From contig OX597821.1 in assembly GCA_951406725.2 (NCBI GenBank), positions 58,528,001 through 58,592,000 of the forward strand: a stretch of DNA of 64,000 bases. Reading direction: 5' to 3'. The DNA comes from Octopus vulgaris. Its lineage: Eukaryota. Both the position numbers and the translations under genes were made by a program. Numbering within the stretch: position 1 is the first letter of the stretch; each line of letters starts with the position of its first letter. Below the pieces are notes generated by a model. It worked only from the letters and a program-made list of their open reading frames with translations, was not told where the DNA came from and made no database searches. This document shows, piece by piece, positions 23,390 through 35,925 of the stretch.

Positions 23390-23448
23390 GTGATTGTCAC
23401 GCGCTGATGACGGGTTACCACTCAGAAACCCGGGTCCGTGTATATCAC
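23390..23448 (+). ncRNA. Type I hammerhead ribozyme motif
   Basis: CGCG-CTGATGA-C-GGGT(tacc)ACTC-A-GAAAC-CCGG-GTC-CGTG: intact core, GUC cleavage triplet, stem I extended by GTGAT/ATCAC. Confidence 0.7.
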
Positions 23449-24382
23449 GTCAGGCTAGAAATGGGAACGATGATTTCCCTTTGCAAATACTAATCAGACA
23501 CAGACAGTATGTCATTAGTCAGCTGGAGGAGATGTCTTCCTGGGGCTATAAACTACAGTAGTATCGTCCCATATGGGTCAGCCACATTTAGGTGGCAAAT
23601 ATGTTTCAATGTTTTCTTCTAGTTTTTCGTAAAAGAAAATGAGCAGGCGGTATTTTGTTTTATGATCCAGAAAGCGAAACTGCTGAAGTCAATAGTGGTC
23701 TTTCGTTTCTTTGAAACGAAATAGTGATATAACAAGGAAGGTTTATTTCTATGTCTTTGAACATTATTTATTTGTTACATTAACAGGAAAAGGTGTTCAT
23801 GCAATACAATTAACGGAAACAATAAGACGAAACAGCTTAATATGATACGTAGGGAAAGTCTCTGTTAGCAACTCCACACGCAAGCAATTTTGTTTTCATA
23901 TACAAAGCAAATATTCAGGTGCCGTGACGTGTCTTCTTCGATTATCCTCAGTTGAATATGCAGCTGTGAGAACAGCTATTAGGAGAGCGTAACATAACGC
24001 GATCCAAAACATTCTGAATTGGCGAAAGTGGACAATGTCATGGCGGCTCGGACGTCTCGACAGTCTGCGAAAGTGACAGCTAATTTGATTATATTTGTAG
24101 GTCCCGATACGGAAGGTCGTAGTTGAACCACTGAACTATCACGTGAACAACGGCCGTTCATTGGATAAAATCTCGGTTGCGCAATGTTCAAACCATGACT
24201 GAACTGTGGCTTGAGATTCGTATGTGGCAAAATGCGGGGTTGAATCCAATTGCTATAGAGATATAAATCTGAAGTAGCAAAAGGGTGGCTGTAAAACCTT
24301 ATTTTACATAAACTACTAGCGATTTATTTATAATTTGAAAAAAATAATGAACTAAAATTAACAGAATGATACCATCGAAGAT

Positions 24383-24467
24383 ATTTAGCAGACGATGAAA
24401 TTTAGCGGGCGATGAAATTTAGCAGACGATGAAATTTAGCGGGCGATGAAATTTAGCAGACGATGAA
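24383..24467 (+). repeat. 17-bp minisatellite, alternating ABABA
   Basis: ATTTAGCAGACGATGAA and ATTTAGCGGGCGATGAA, 5 units. Confidence 0.95.
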
Positions 24468-25459
24468 ATATAGTCAATCTGTACAGGACGGTCAATATAC
24501 CACATAACACACGTATCATTAAAATAGTTATTCCAGTTAAATATTGTTTCTCTGCTGACATCAACCTTCATAACAAACTGATGACTGCATACAAGCATTT
24601 CCAAGTTTTTCTACTATAGCCCCGTGAATGCTTTGTGCATGAATTCGGTAGATGGAAGCTGAAAGAAGCCCATTATGTATATATGTGTGTTTGTTCTACA
24701 CCACTACTTGACAACCAGTGTTGGTTTGTTTACGCCCTTGTCAATTAGCATTCCAACAAAAGAATAAGTACTAAACTTTGAAAAAAGTACTGAGAATCGA
24801 TTTCTTCAACTAACCTCTTCAAGTTGTGGTGCACCTGAGCACTGTATACAATAATTTCATTATTATTTTTTTAAGGCAGTAACCCAGTATAGCCGCAATC
24901 CAATAACTGAAACTAAAAGATAAAAGATAATAATAATCGCTTAGAATAGTGATGTCTAATGCATCTAATGAATGACGAAAACACATAATCTTTGTGAAAA
25001 TGTCAGGTGAATTCTTGGAAATATATTGAGAAGAAATTATCTGAAGTTCCACCCATGGTGTACAATTGCTTTTGTATTCTTATATAACGTTGCAACGTTG
25101 ATATCGACGAAAACTAACACTGGGGAAATTTTTCAGTTTTACTTTATCACCAATTGTTAATGATTAATAAGATTTTTCTTTCACTAGAATTTACTCTATT
25201 TCCTTTCATTTTGTTTCCCATTGCTGTCCGCTATTACATGTTCATAAATCGAAATATCGACGTTCTTATTTATCACCATTACAAAGACAACCGGAAATCC
25301 TCGTTTATTGCTATCTCATCTTTGAAGATAATGTTAAACACTTCGTACAGACTAGGTTACGATCAGTTGTTTTATGCTCATCAGAAGCAATACATTGTTC
25401 CATTCAAATACTGGAATATGTCCAAGAAAGAATTAAGTAAAAGAAGGTAAAACAATATT

Positions 25460-25874
25460 TATTTCTTTATTGCCCACAAGGGGCTAAACATAGAGGGGAC
25501 AAACAAAGACAGACAAAGGGAATAATTCGATAACACCGACCTCAGTGTGTAACTGGTACTTATTTAATCGACCCCGAAAGGATGAAAGGCAAAGTCGACC
25601 TCGGCGGAATTTGGACACAACGTAACGGCAGACGAAATACCTATTTCTTTACTACCCACATGGGGTTAAACACAGAGGGGACAAACAAGGACAGACAAAC
25701 GTATTAAGTCGATTACATCGACCCCAGTGCGTAACTGGTACTTAATTTATCGACCCCGAAAGGATGAAAAGCAAAGTCGACCTCGGCGGAATTTGAACTC
25801 AGAACGTAACGGCAGACGAAATACGGCCACGCATTTCGCCCGGCGTGCTAACGTTTCTGCCAGCTCACCGCCCT
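25460..25874 (-). mobile_element. Young dimeric SINE (head plus two bodies)
   Basis: 16-bp TSD AAGGTAAAACAATATT at 25444-25459 and 25875-25890. The ~180-bp body is repeated and CpGs are largely intact. Confidence 0.88.
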
Positions 25875-26156
25875 AAGGTAAAACAATATTGAAATATAAG
25901 AAACATTACATAGATCAAAATACGTATTAGTTTTTCATAGATTATAATTCTATGTATAACATTATATACAGCAAACCACTGACAGGAAATTTTGACCAAT
26001 CAAACACTCTTTTTAGGGAATTTAACATTTTCATAATTAGCATGCACGTAAGATCCCCTTGGTACAATCAATTGTCTTAGTACGTACGTACAGACATAGA
26101 GGAAAAAGAGGTGCTGGATGCGAACCAAACGGAAGTTAGGTTAGATTTATCAATAA

Positions 26157-26538
26157 CTAGCAGTATGGCCCTGCGTCGCGCGGGCTTGTTTTCTTTTTCG
26201 ACCCTTTAAAATTGGAATTTTTGAATAGTAAAGATTTTGCACCATGTAGCTTGTTATTCTCTTTAAGTGAACATTTTTCTGGTTGAAATACACCGAAAAA
26301 TGGCGACACAGCAGTCAAAAAATCGTTAAAAAATAGGGATTTTCACAGAAAAAAAAGCACCTTTTTGATGTTAACATGGTCCGATTTGAATTTTTTCTTC
26401 TACGGAAGGAAGAGCAAGCTTTCTTCTATCATACTCTCAATTTTGGCCAACTTGCGCCGCAGGGTCTCGGAGGAGTTAGTGTTAGTTGAAGGCTACCAAA
26501 CCTGCCATACACAGACAGCTTCAGCTTTATATATATAG
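26157..26538 (-). mobile_element. Non-autonomous Helitron
   Basis: Minus-strand 3' end CCCGCGCGACGCAGGG..CTGCTAG|T and 5' end C(C)TATATATATAAAGCTGAAG. Same architecture as 14231-14615. Confidence 0.7.
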
Positions 26539-27124
26539 GTTATTAGAGCGATTATTTAAAATTTTCAGTTTTCACGTAAAAAAAGCAATGAAAATAAAGA
26601 AAAGCTAAAGACAAAATTAAAAACTGATAATATGCCCCATTTAAATAAAAACCGAGAACTTCCAAATATTATTTTAAAAGATTTAATTATTAAAGTACAA
26701 GATCAATACTGTACCGAAAAAGTAAAGACAAAGTTGCAATAATGCATGTTCACACCTTTCAGAGAGTTCACACACACACACACACTGGATCGAATAAAAT
26801 CGATAACTTTATAGCAATAAAATATAGTCAAATTCTTAAAAAAATAAATTACCAACTTATCCACATGGTTTTCCAATCTTCCTCAGGAGTAAAACACACA
26901 TTATACAAATTCTTTGTTAGTGTACGAATGTCATTTCTATATTCAAGGAGTATAAGTTTAAAAGCAGAGGCAACGGAGAGGAGGTCCATCTCTATACGGT
27001 TTAAATGTCACGTCCTCAATATTCAAGTGGCTAAAAAATGCCAGTAGAAGGACACCCAGGAGTCATGACCTGGATGTTGCCCGGCCTCCTTAGAACGTAA
27101 GAAGTTAAGGGCCGAATCACTTAC

Positions 27125-27273
27125 CTGATGGGCTTTCGTCTCTGAAGACCTTTTGTTGTTCAGCTCTCCCGAGACATTCTTACCAACTACCACTAAAGAT
27201 TATTTAAATTTCTAAGATCGTTAAATGATTGTTAACCCATTTTTCCTCACCACTTACTGTAGAAAGCAGTCAT
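27125..27273 (-). other. Candidate two small spliced exons (27258-27273+ and 27125-27192) of an unidentified transcript
   Basis: Donors ACA|gtaagt and CAG|gtaagt, acceptor ctttag|, 65-nt intron. The joined frame is open (MTAFYMVVGKNVSGELNNKRSSETKAHQ) but not recognised. Confidence 0.3.
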
Positions 27274-27474
27274 GTGAATGAATAGTAGTAACCTTAAATA
27301 TCAATGTTACAATAAAAGCCTGTCTATTCGTATGTACATTAAATATCAATGCTACAATAAATGTATTGATGGTTAAAGCGTCTAGAAAGAAGTCTAGGTT
27401 GCTAAGTAACAGTAGCGGAAGTGAATGTGGTTCGCCAACACGCAAGCTCGTTTAACAGTTTAATTCTCAGTAAA

Positions 27475-27568
27475 CAAATATGGCAGCGCCCAGGTGACAC
27501 CTCGAATTTGTTGAGTTTCGGGATATTTTAATGTAAGAACATAGCAATATGGATAATAACATGAACAG
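27475..27568 (+). promoter_or_regulatory. Candidate transcription start/first exon of a plus-strand transcript
   Basis: YY1-like CAAATATGGCAGCG at 27475, ATG at 27549 (MDNNMN..) and consensus donor CAG|GTAAGT at 27568/9. Downstream exons not found. Confidence 0.4.
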
Positions 27569-29972
27569 GTAAGTAATGATAAATGTAGCTTCTGCGTGCG
27601 TGTCTAGTGTGACTTTAGTGTGGTATATTACGGAATGATCGATTCTATTGCTGTCGTTATTCGTTTCACTTCGATAAATCAATGATTGGATGAAAAAAAA
27701 AATATATATATTTAAAAAAATCGTTGATGGAGATTAATTTCGTTCCATCTCATCATAAATGTATATTTGTATATCTCTAACACACACATCTATATTTACT
27801 AATTTACCTAGTGGATATTTTCTCAAAAGTGGTCACCTTAGCTGGAATATATATTTATAATCATAATAAATAATCTACGTTTGCTAAACATTATTACCCA
27901 AGCGTGTCGACCGTATTACATGGTGTGTTTTTTATCACCCAATCCTCTCGATCATCATAAAGCCTTATGAATAGTTTATTGTGTAACAGTTACGTAATAT
28001 TAATAATGTAATATTTAAATGTTATATCACTTTGAAAAGACATTTCCCTCCAAATAAATAAATAAATAAAAGCGATACTGTATAACCAACAAGTATAATG
28101 CATACGAAATATACAGTCAGGCATTTATGTTTACTGAGACAAATTTAATGTGCTCCTATTTTTTCATGTTTCGTTTTCTTTCATAATTTTCAAAACTGAT
28201 CTTTCACAGTAATAATTAGCAATTCAAAATGCCGCTATGAAATGTATTTGGTCGACTAAACCTCAATCAATCAATCAATTTTTCACTGTACCTTTCAATG
28301 ACTATTTACTCCAAAAAAAGTGACTTGATTAAATTTCGTAAATAACACACTACCCCGTGAATGATTCACCCGACAGCAGCAAAAAATAGATTTGTTTCTC
28401 CTTGCATGTAAAACGAAATGAGTAATAATCTGTAACCTGTTGTATCAACATATAATAAACGTTGTACTGTTTCTCGAAACCTATAATTAATGTTAATATT
28501 ATATTTGCATTAAAAGACACCGTGACATGTATTTTATTTAATATGTTATGCTCACTACTTATGTTTGTAGATATTTCTTTATCTAATCAATATCTTCAGA
28601 AACTTAATATTGTTATATTTAAGACGATGAAACTACAGATAAATCTTAGAACACCGTCTTGTCAAAAGTCAGATTTCAGTTAGATTAGAAACACAAGTGA
28701 AGCAATTGCCAAAGATGTTATTTAGCAACACTCTTTAGATTATCATGGCTACATTTTTTTTTTTTTTGAGATTCTGCCATAGTGTTGTTTTTATATAAGA
28801 CTGCTGATGGGGAGATAAAGGTTTTGAGTTCAGTCCTAGCCAAAGGTTATGTTCTATGCAAAAATTATGTATCTGGGAGAAAAAAAAAATGATCGAATTC
28901 TTGACCAATCAAAATATATTGTGGATAGCAACAGATAAATGGAATTAATATGCTGATTTTGTATTGTTTTTTTTTTAATCCAAGAAGTGATCAAGGCCAG
29001 TTGTTGACTGATCGATTAAAATAGTAATTGAAGGGGTGGGGGAAGGAAAAGCAATACGAAAATATGGATTTAATTCAATGAGCTTCTATTCATGTAAAAG
29101 TGTGTATGGCAATTTAATACATATCAAGGTATTTCTGTTATGTAGTATTAGTGGTTTGACCGAGAATTCGTGGTTTAGGCTTGTTTCTGAAGGTATGCCA
29201 TAGCAAACATGACCCAGTGACATAGAATCATCGTTGTTATTTATTTTCGTCGACCTAGACTTTGGCTGGGTGACGATTCTTCTAGTGGGTTCAGGGTAAG
29301 GTTAGAACCACTGACATACCAACACCCTACCACTATTACCACCACCACCACCAACCAAAGGAACTTTTACTCGGTTGTTTATCCTGCTAGAAATAGCAGA
29401 CAAATCTTTCTGAAATAACTCCATACCATTTTAGATAAGAAAGATGGATATATTGGAACGTAGTCCCTGATATAAAAGGCGATTTGGTCACAGCTGGAAC
29501 ACCATTGATCGTAGGTCTGCTGAACAACAGCAACCCTGTCACCTCCATAATATTTGATGCAGATAATTCTTCACAGTAACATCAGTTAATTTCAGAACGC
29601 AGCACATATCTATTTTTTCTTTCTTTAAACTTTCACAACAAAGATGCATGACTAAATTTATGTATCTTAATTAAACAAATTGTAATCACTGTGAATAGGA
29701 CTAAAGATTCTTCAAATGGACATTCTGGAGTTATGATTCTTCAAGTGATTTGATTGTATAGCTACAACCACCTGAATTAATAAAACGCTAATAACATGGT
29801 TTACTCAACTCTTGTATATAATGTTTATGGACCAGTTGATTCTAAAATATTAAAGAATGCCTTCCTTCATTAACTCATGATAACAAAAATAACCAATTGA
29901 TAACCTAGTATGAAATATAAAAGTCTGAAAATTGTCTAATGCATTTGGATAATTCAAGAGAAGTCAATCTGA

Positions 29973-30052
29973 TATATTTAATAGTTTCTTTGACAAGTAG
30001 AGTAATAAGTATATATTTAATAGTTTCTTTCTCAAGTAGAGTAATAAGTATA
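29973..30052 (+). repeat. ~39-bp tandem duplication
   Basis: TATATTTAATAGTTTCTTT(GA/CT)CAAGTAGAGTAATAAGTA present twice. Confidence 0.9.
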
Positions 30053-31266
30053 CTTATACTATATATACATACTATAGTAGCTACAGTCTAAAAAGTGATA
30101 AAAATATTTCAGGTAGATATTATCTCTGTTGGTAAGGAAGTGTTTCTGTCTGTACAAAAGGCAGACTGTACAGGGCCTGTGTAAAGAGTATTATTCAGAA
30201 TACAGTGAGATGTGAGCATCAAGTGTGAAAAAAAAAAAATGTGTTGAATGGAGAGGAACGAGTCATGAAAGGTCTGCTAGGCTATATAACATGGAGAGCA
30301 GAGCACAAATGAGCTGGGAAAGAGGCTAGAAAAGACAACAGCTGATGTTTGTGTGTGCAGATAAATGTGCTTGTATGGATATGTGATTTGCTGACAATGA
30401 AAAGTACCTATGACCGAGAAAGATTGGGGAAAACGTGATGACGTCAACTCTGATGTTAGACATCAAAGAAGAGATGATGCAGGACTGGGAGTAGTAGCAA
30501 TCTATATTTCCTATAACCTCTGCAATTGCTATACAATGGATGTTAAGTGGATGATAATATGACAGGAGATTAATGCATTAATCAACTGCATAGCCTAAAT
30601 ATTATCTAAATGTTCTCAACTGGTGGCCAACCCTGCTTTCTTTTCGGTCTGTATTTAATCTAACGCAATACCTTTGTTACTCACAACATAAATATGAATT
30701 AGAGTGGAAACTACTATGCAGGTATTCAGTGTAACAACTGAAGCTTCCTTAACAAATTCACTGATGGCTCTCACATGAAAAAATAAATTTTAATATTGTA
30801 CCTTGTTGATGGTGTTCTGTGTAATGTAGAGTATGGTTTTAGATTAGATTGATATTTAACATATCAAAAGCGCAAGGTTTATGAGTTTTTCTTATAGGTT
30901 TGGTTTAACACTATAAAAAAGGTATATCATCATCATCATCATTATTTAATGTCCTCTTTACATATTAGCATAGGTTGGATGGTTTGACGGGAGGTGGCAA
31001 GTTGGAAGACTGCACCAAGCACTACTGTTTGCTTTGTTGTGGTTTCTATGGCTGGAGCAGACAGTCTAGCTTGAGTAAAATTCAATAAAGCTACTCAATA
31101 GCAACAAGAACAACAAACCAATGCAAAGAAATCCTTTTAACTCATCCTTCTGCCACTCCAGCTCTAAATCTTCAGTTCCTCTGTGCAATTTTTTTTTCAT
31201 TTTCTGCCTTCAAAACCACCATTCCAATCAAAATCCTCTTTCCTACCTTGAAACAATATGCTTTGG

Positions 31267-31668
31267 CATTATTTACATTCGACAGATATATGTCCTCATC
31301 TTGTTTGTTGTTAACACAACATTTTGGCTGATATACCCTCAAGCCTTCTTCAGTGTCTTAACCACTATGCCATATGCCCACGGGCATATGGCATAGTGGT
31401 TAAGAGTGCGGGCTACTAACCCCCAAGATTCCGAGTTCGATTCCAAGCAGTGACCTGAACAAAAACAACAACAATAATAATAATAATAATAATAACATTG
31501 AAAAATACCTTAGGAATGAAAACCCAGGTTCGAAATTTCCCCAAAACACCTGAAGAAGGCTGGAGGGTATATCAACCGAAATGTGTTAACAACAAACAAG
31601 ATGAGGACAAATATCTGTTGAATGTAAATAATGTACATAATTCCTCATCTCTTAAATATAGAACTGTA
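31267..31668 (+). mobile_element. tRNA-headed, hammerhead-containing non-autonomous element with an inverted 5' partial copy
   Basis: Head 31382-31455 (A box TGGCATAGTGG, B box GTTCGATTCC), (AAC/AAT)n, hammerhead ~31545-31588, inverted copy 31267-31379. Degenerate TSD ATATGCTTTGG/ATGCACTTTGG. Confidence 0.75.
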
Positions 31669-32793
31669 ATGCACTTTGGAATTAGCTCCTGTTCCAAGGA
31701 TGCTTTTAACACGTTTCATCTAAGCAGCAATTTTTAATTAGGGGGAAATTTAGGGATTCCAGTGAGGAGATAGTTTTAAGTTCTTTATCATTATTTGCAC
31801 TGGTTTTGCTTGATTTTGTATTTGATGACAAAAAAGATGTATGGGCATATTAAATGCACCCTAATTTCAGCAGCGCATATTCAGGAAAAGAAAGCATTTC
31901 TGTGTATTGAAGCATGTCGTATTGAAAGCTTTCTAGCAGTATTTTACAAAACATTACAAAAGTACATCAGGCCATAACAACAAGCATGACTGTATTAAAA
32001 GGTTAAGTTAGCAGTACAGCTGAACATAAAACTAGAAATCACAATAGTAACAATATCCTATATGGTTACAGTAATAAAATATGCAGGAAAAAAAAAAGCA
32101 GAATACAAACTGGCAAATGTCACCAGTCTGTTGTGATAATTTCTTCTATAATATAAGTTATGAGGATAATGTTTAAATAAATATTATTATCATTGAGTCA
32201 GACTGAGTACAAGAGACAGTCTGGATTGGAACTTGCCTACAAATGTCAGGGACAAAATGAGCTTGGAAGGGGACCAACTTTGTTTAACCCTTTAATCTGG
32301 CTATAGCAGGCCTAAATATTCTGCCTGTTTTGAGTTGAAACCTACCAGATCTTACCTCTCACACTTACCCTGCAATGTCATTCTTAAAATAATCATACTA
32401 TTGGAAGTTCAAAGCTGCAAGGCAATATGATTAATTTAAAGCAAAGTGAATGAATAAGAATAATATTTGGGCTACCATAGAAAAAAAAAAGGCATAATCA
32501 AGACAAAACTAGAAGTGCATTGTATGTCTCCACTGTCATTTTTTTTGTTCCCAACTTTGACCCTCCATAAATCCTAAATTTTATTTTAGAATTTATGGGA
32601 GCAACTGTCTTTGAAGACTCATATTGTCGTTGAATGCTCGAAATGAGGAATAGATAGACAGCCGACAACTGATGAAGGGTCCTTTCTCTGTGTTAACTCA
32701 TCCTCTTTTCTATCTTTTTCTCGTTGTTTATGTATTTAACTTGTTTTTCCCTCGTTTGTTTACATATTTCATGTTATTTGCACCATTGGTGAC

Positions 32794-33099
32794 TTAGAAA
32801 ATTACTATTTTTAAATCTCACACTGTGAGATATTCAGCAACAGTACTTTGTAGTAAAGATTGTTTGCCAACATAACATGGCAGTCCTGGTTTAGGGCAAA
32901 TGTTGCTGTAATTTAGCCCCAGGAGACATCGTCTCCAGCTGGCTATGCGACATGATCTGTGCCCTTGTTCAAAAAAAAAAAAGGACACAGATCGTGTTGT
33001 ATAGCTAGCTGGAGACAATGTCTTCTGGGGCTAAATTACAGCAACATTAGTCTTAAACCAGGACTGCCATATTATGTTGGCAAACAATCTTTCCTACTG
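32794..33099 (-). mobile_element. Asymmetric foldback element, copy 2 (internally deleted)
   Basis: Same arms and hairpin end as 20892-21310, reversed. Perfect 8-bp TSD TTGGTGAC at 32786-32793 and 33100-33107. Confidence 0.82.
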
Positions 33100-35039
33100 T
33101 TGGTGACGTTCTATAGCCATATATGCATATATATATATATTATATATTATTTATTATTTAACTGAACACGATGCATCCATTTCCAAGTATACACATACAC
33201 ACACATTATATATGTGTGTGTGCGTCTTTTTGTCTGTGATTGTCTCCCACCACTACTTGGCAACCGGTGCTGGTGTGTTTACATCCCTGTAACTTAGACA
33301 GCAAAAGAGACTGATTGAATAAGTACCAGGCTTAAAAATAAAAATGAAGTCAATTTGTTGAACTAAAATTCTTCAAATAAAAGATAAAAGGTAAACAGTC
33401 CTACTTCTGTAATTCTCCCTCCCTCTCAACTAAAGTCTTATCTTGGGAGTACTTGGCGACCTCACCAGTTCTGGTGTCACATAAGGGACTCCTTACCCCA
33501 ATGCCCCACCTTTAATATAAAGGATTGTTAATGTTTTGCATTAATTTGCATTGTATACATGACTTTTTTTCTTCTTCTTGTGTATGGCAGGGCAATTGGA
33601 ATAATGAACTGCCCCCACTTTTATTTCTTAGCAAATCCTATTTCTCTCTGCCTCTTACACTAAAAACAGCCGTAAGATGACAGCAGTGGTGGTCACCACT
33701 CAAATTTCACACGTGTGTATTGAACAATGGTCGAAATCTGATTGCAACACAATAAACTGATGGTGAGATGAAAGATTGGAAACTAATCTGAAATCATTCA
33801 GATGTGATATACTGCATAGGAAAAACAGCCATAGATCCCACATTAGCACATGATAAGAACAAAAGAGGATTTGTATGTAGTTTGTAGAGAAAACGGTAAT
33901 CAGAACTAACAAACAAGGTGAATATGCACTGAACTGGTGAAGAGATATGGTGAAAAAAAAAAAAAATTACATAAAAGGAAAAGAAAAGGAAAAAATGATC
34001 TAGAGGTGACATTTCGGTGAAAATATGAAATTCCTAACAAATCTGGAGCAAATCGTAATAATGGCTCTTAAGTACTGTGAACTGACGGTGAGCAAGGAAA
34101 CCTCTATGTGGTTGCTTGACCTGCTGGAAATAGCAGCCGAATTTAACTCAAATCCTGTTCTATCATCATCATCATTTTAATGTACACTATTCCAGGTTTG
34201 TATAGGTTGGATGGAATTTACTGCTACTGGATGTTCCTCTTGTTGCCAAACCTCACCTGTTTCCAAGTAAGGTAAGATTTCCCTATGGCCTGACATGTTT
34301 TCACAGAATATCGGAAGTAAACGACATAACTTGTATGACTGTGACACGTATTTAGAACTACCATGTGATGTCAAGACAAGTAAACACACACACGCACACA
34401 CAAGTATATATCATACTACTATATCCCTCAATACTATTAAACCTCACTCAATTAAAGTCTTGTTTTGTGAGTATTTGGTGTCATGTAAAAAGCACCTGGT
34501 GCACTCTGTAAAATGGTTGGCTTTAGGAAGGACATCCAGCTGTAAAAACCATGTCAAAGACATTGGAGCTCAGCACAGCCCTCTGGCTTGTTGATTCTTG
34601 TCAAACTGTCCAGTCCATACCAACATAGAAAAAGGAACATTGATGATGATGATGATATATAAATCTATATGATAAGTTTTTTTCAGTCGCCATTAAACAA
34701 ATCCACTCACAAGGCTTTGATCAGTCTAGGGCTGTAATAGAAGATGCTTGCCCAAAGTTCCATGCGGTGAGATTGAACCCAGAGCTGACTTCTTAACCAC
34801 ACAGCCACACTTACTGCTTTATAAAAAAGGCGGAATCAATGCATAATGGAGTCCTTGATATATAGTCTGAAAATTGATGGACTGATCGAAGTCAGAATAC
34901 TCTGTCTGATCAGAGCTCGCCTAGAGTTTAATAACAACAACAATTAAGAAATTAATGGCATGGCATAAAAGGAACTCTCTTACTATCTCTGCTGGGTGTG
35001 TAATGTCAGTGTGTATACACGATAGAGTGTAAGCACCCT

Positions 35040-35925
35040 GAGAGAAAAGTTGGATGTAAGAAGCATCAGATGTGGTGTGCAAGAGAGACGACTGCACTGG
35101 TATGGTCATGTGTTGCTTATGGATGAGGACAGCTGTGTAAAGAAGTGTCACACCCTAACAGTGGAGGGAACCTGTGGAAGCGGTAGATCCAGGAAGACAT
35201 GGGATGAGATGGTGAAGCACGACCTTCGAAAGTTGGGCCTTACAGAGGCAGTGACATTCACACCCTAACAGTGGAGGGAACCTGTGGAAGAGGTAGACCC
35301 AGGAAGATATGGGATGAGACGGTGAATGTTGGGCCTTACAGAGGCAATGATAAGCAATTGAGACCTTTGGAGATATGCTGTGCTTGAGAGGACCCGACAA
35401 GCTAAATGAGACCATAGCTCATGGCCAATGCCAGTGTCTCATAACCAGCCCATTTAAAAGTACCCTTTGATCGTCAGGCAATATGCTGTGCTTGAGAAGA
35501 CCTGTTGAGTCAAGTGAAGACATAGTCATGGCTGATGCCAGTGCCACCCTGATTGGCACCTGTGCCAGTGGAACATAAAAAGCACCACTCGCTCATGGCT
35601 GATGCCAGTGCTGGTGGCATATACAAAGCACCATTCGAACGTGGTTGATGTCAGTGCTGCCTGACTGGCTCCTGTGCTGGTGGAATGTAAAAAGCAACAT
35701 TTGAGCATGGTCAATGCCAGTGCTGCCTGACTGGCCCCTGTGCCAGTGGCACATAAAAAGCACCCACTACACTCTCAGAGTGGTTGGCATTAGGAAGGGC
35801 ATCCAGCTGTAGAAACTTTGCCAGATTAGATTGCAGCCTCCTGGGCTTGCCAGTCCTCAGTCAAGCCGTCTAACCCATGCCAGCAGGGAAAGCAGACATT
35901 AAACCATGATGACGATGATGATGAA
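35040..35925 (+). mobile_element. RTE-clade LINE ORF2 C-terminus plus complete 3' UTR
   Basis: RRLHWYGHVLLMDEDSCVKKC..GRSRKTWDEMVKHDL, an internal ~90-bp duplication, tandem GGCAC-TAAAAAGCACC motifs and a (GAT)n tail. Confidence 0.88.

Noticed and set aside
29699-29744. Possible in-frame second exon for the 27549 ATG (RTKDSSNGHSGVMILQ)
   Set aside because: The acceptor lacks a pyrimidine tract and the donor is weak. An open frame this short is expected by chance.
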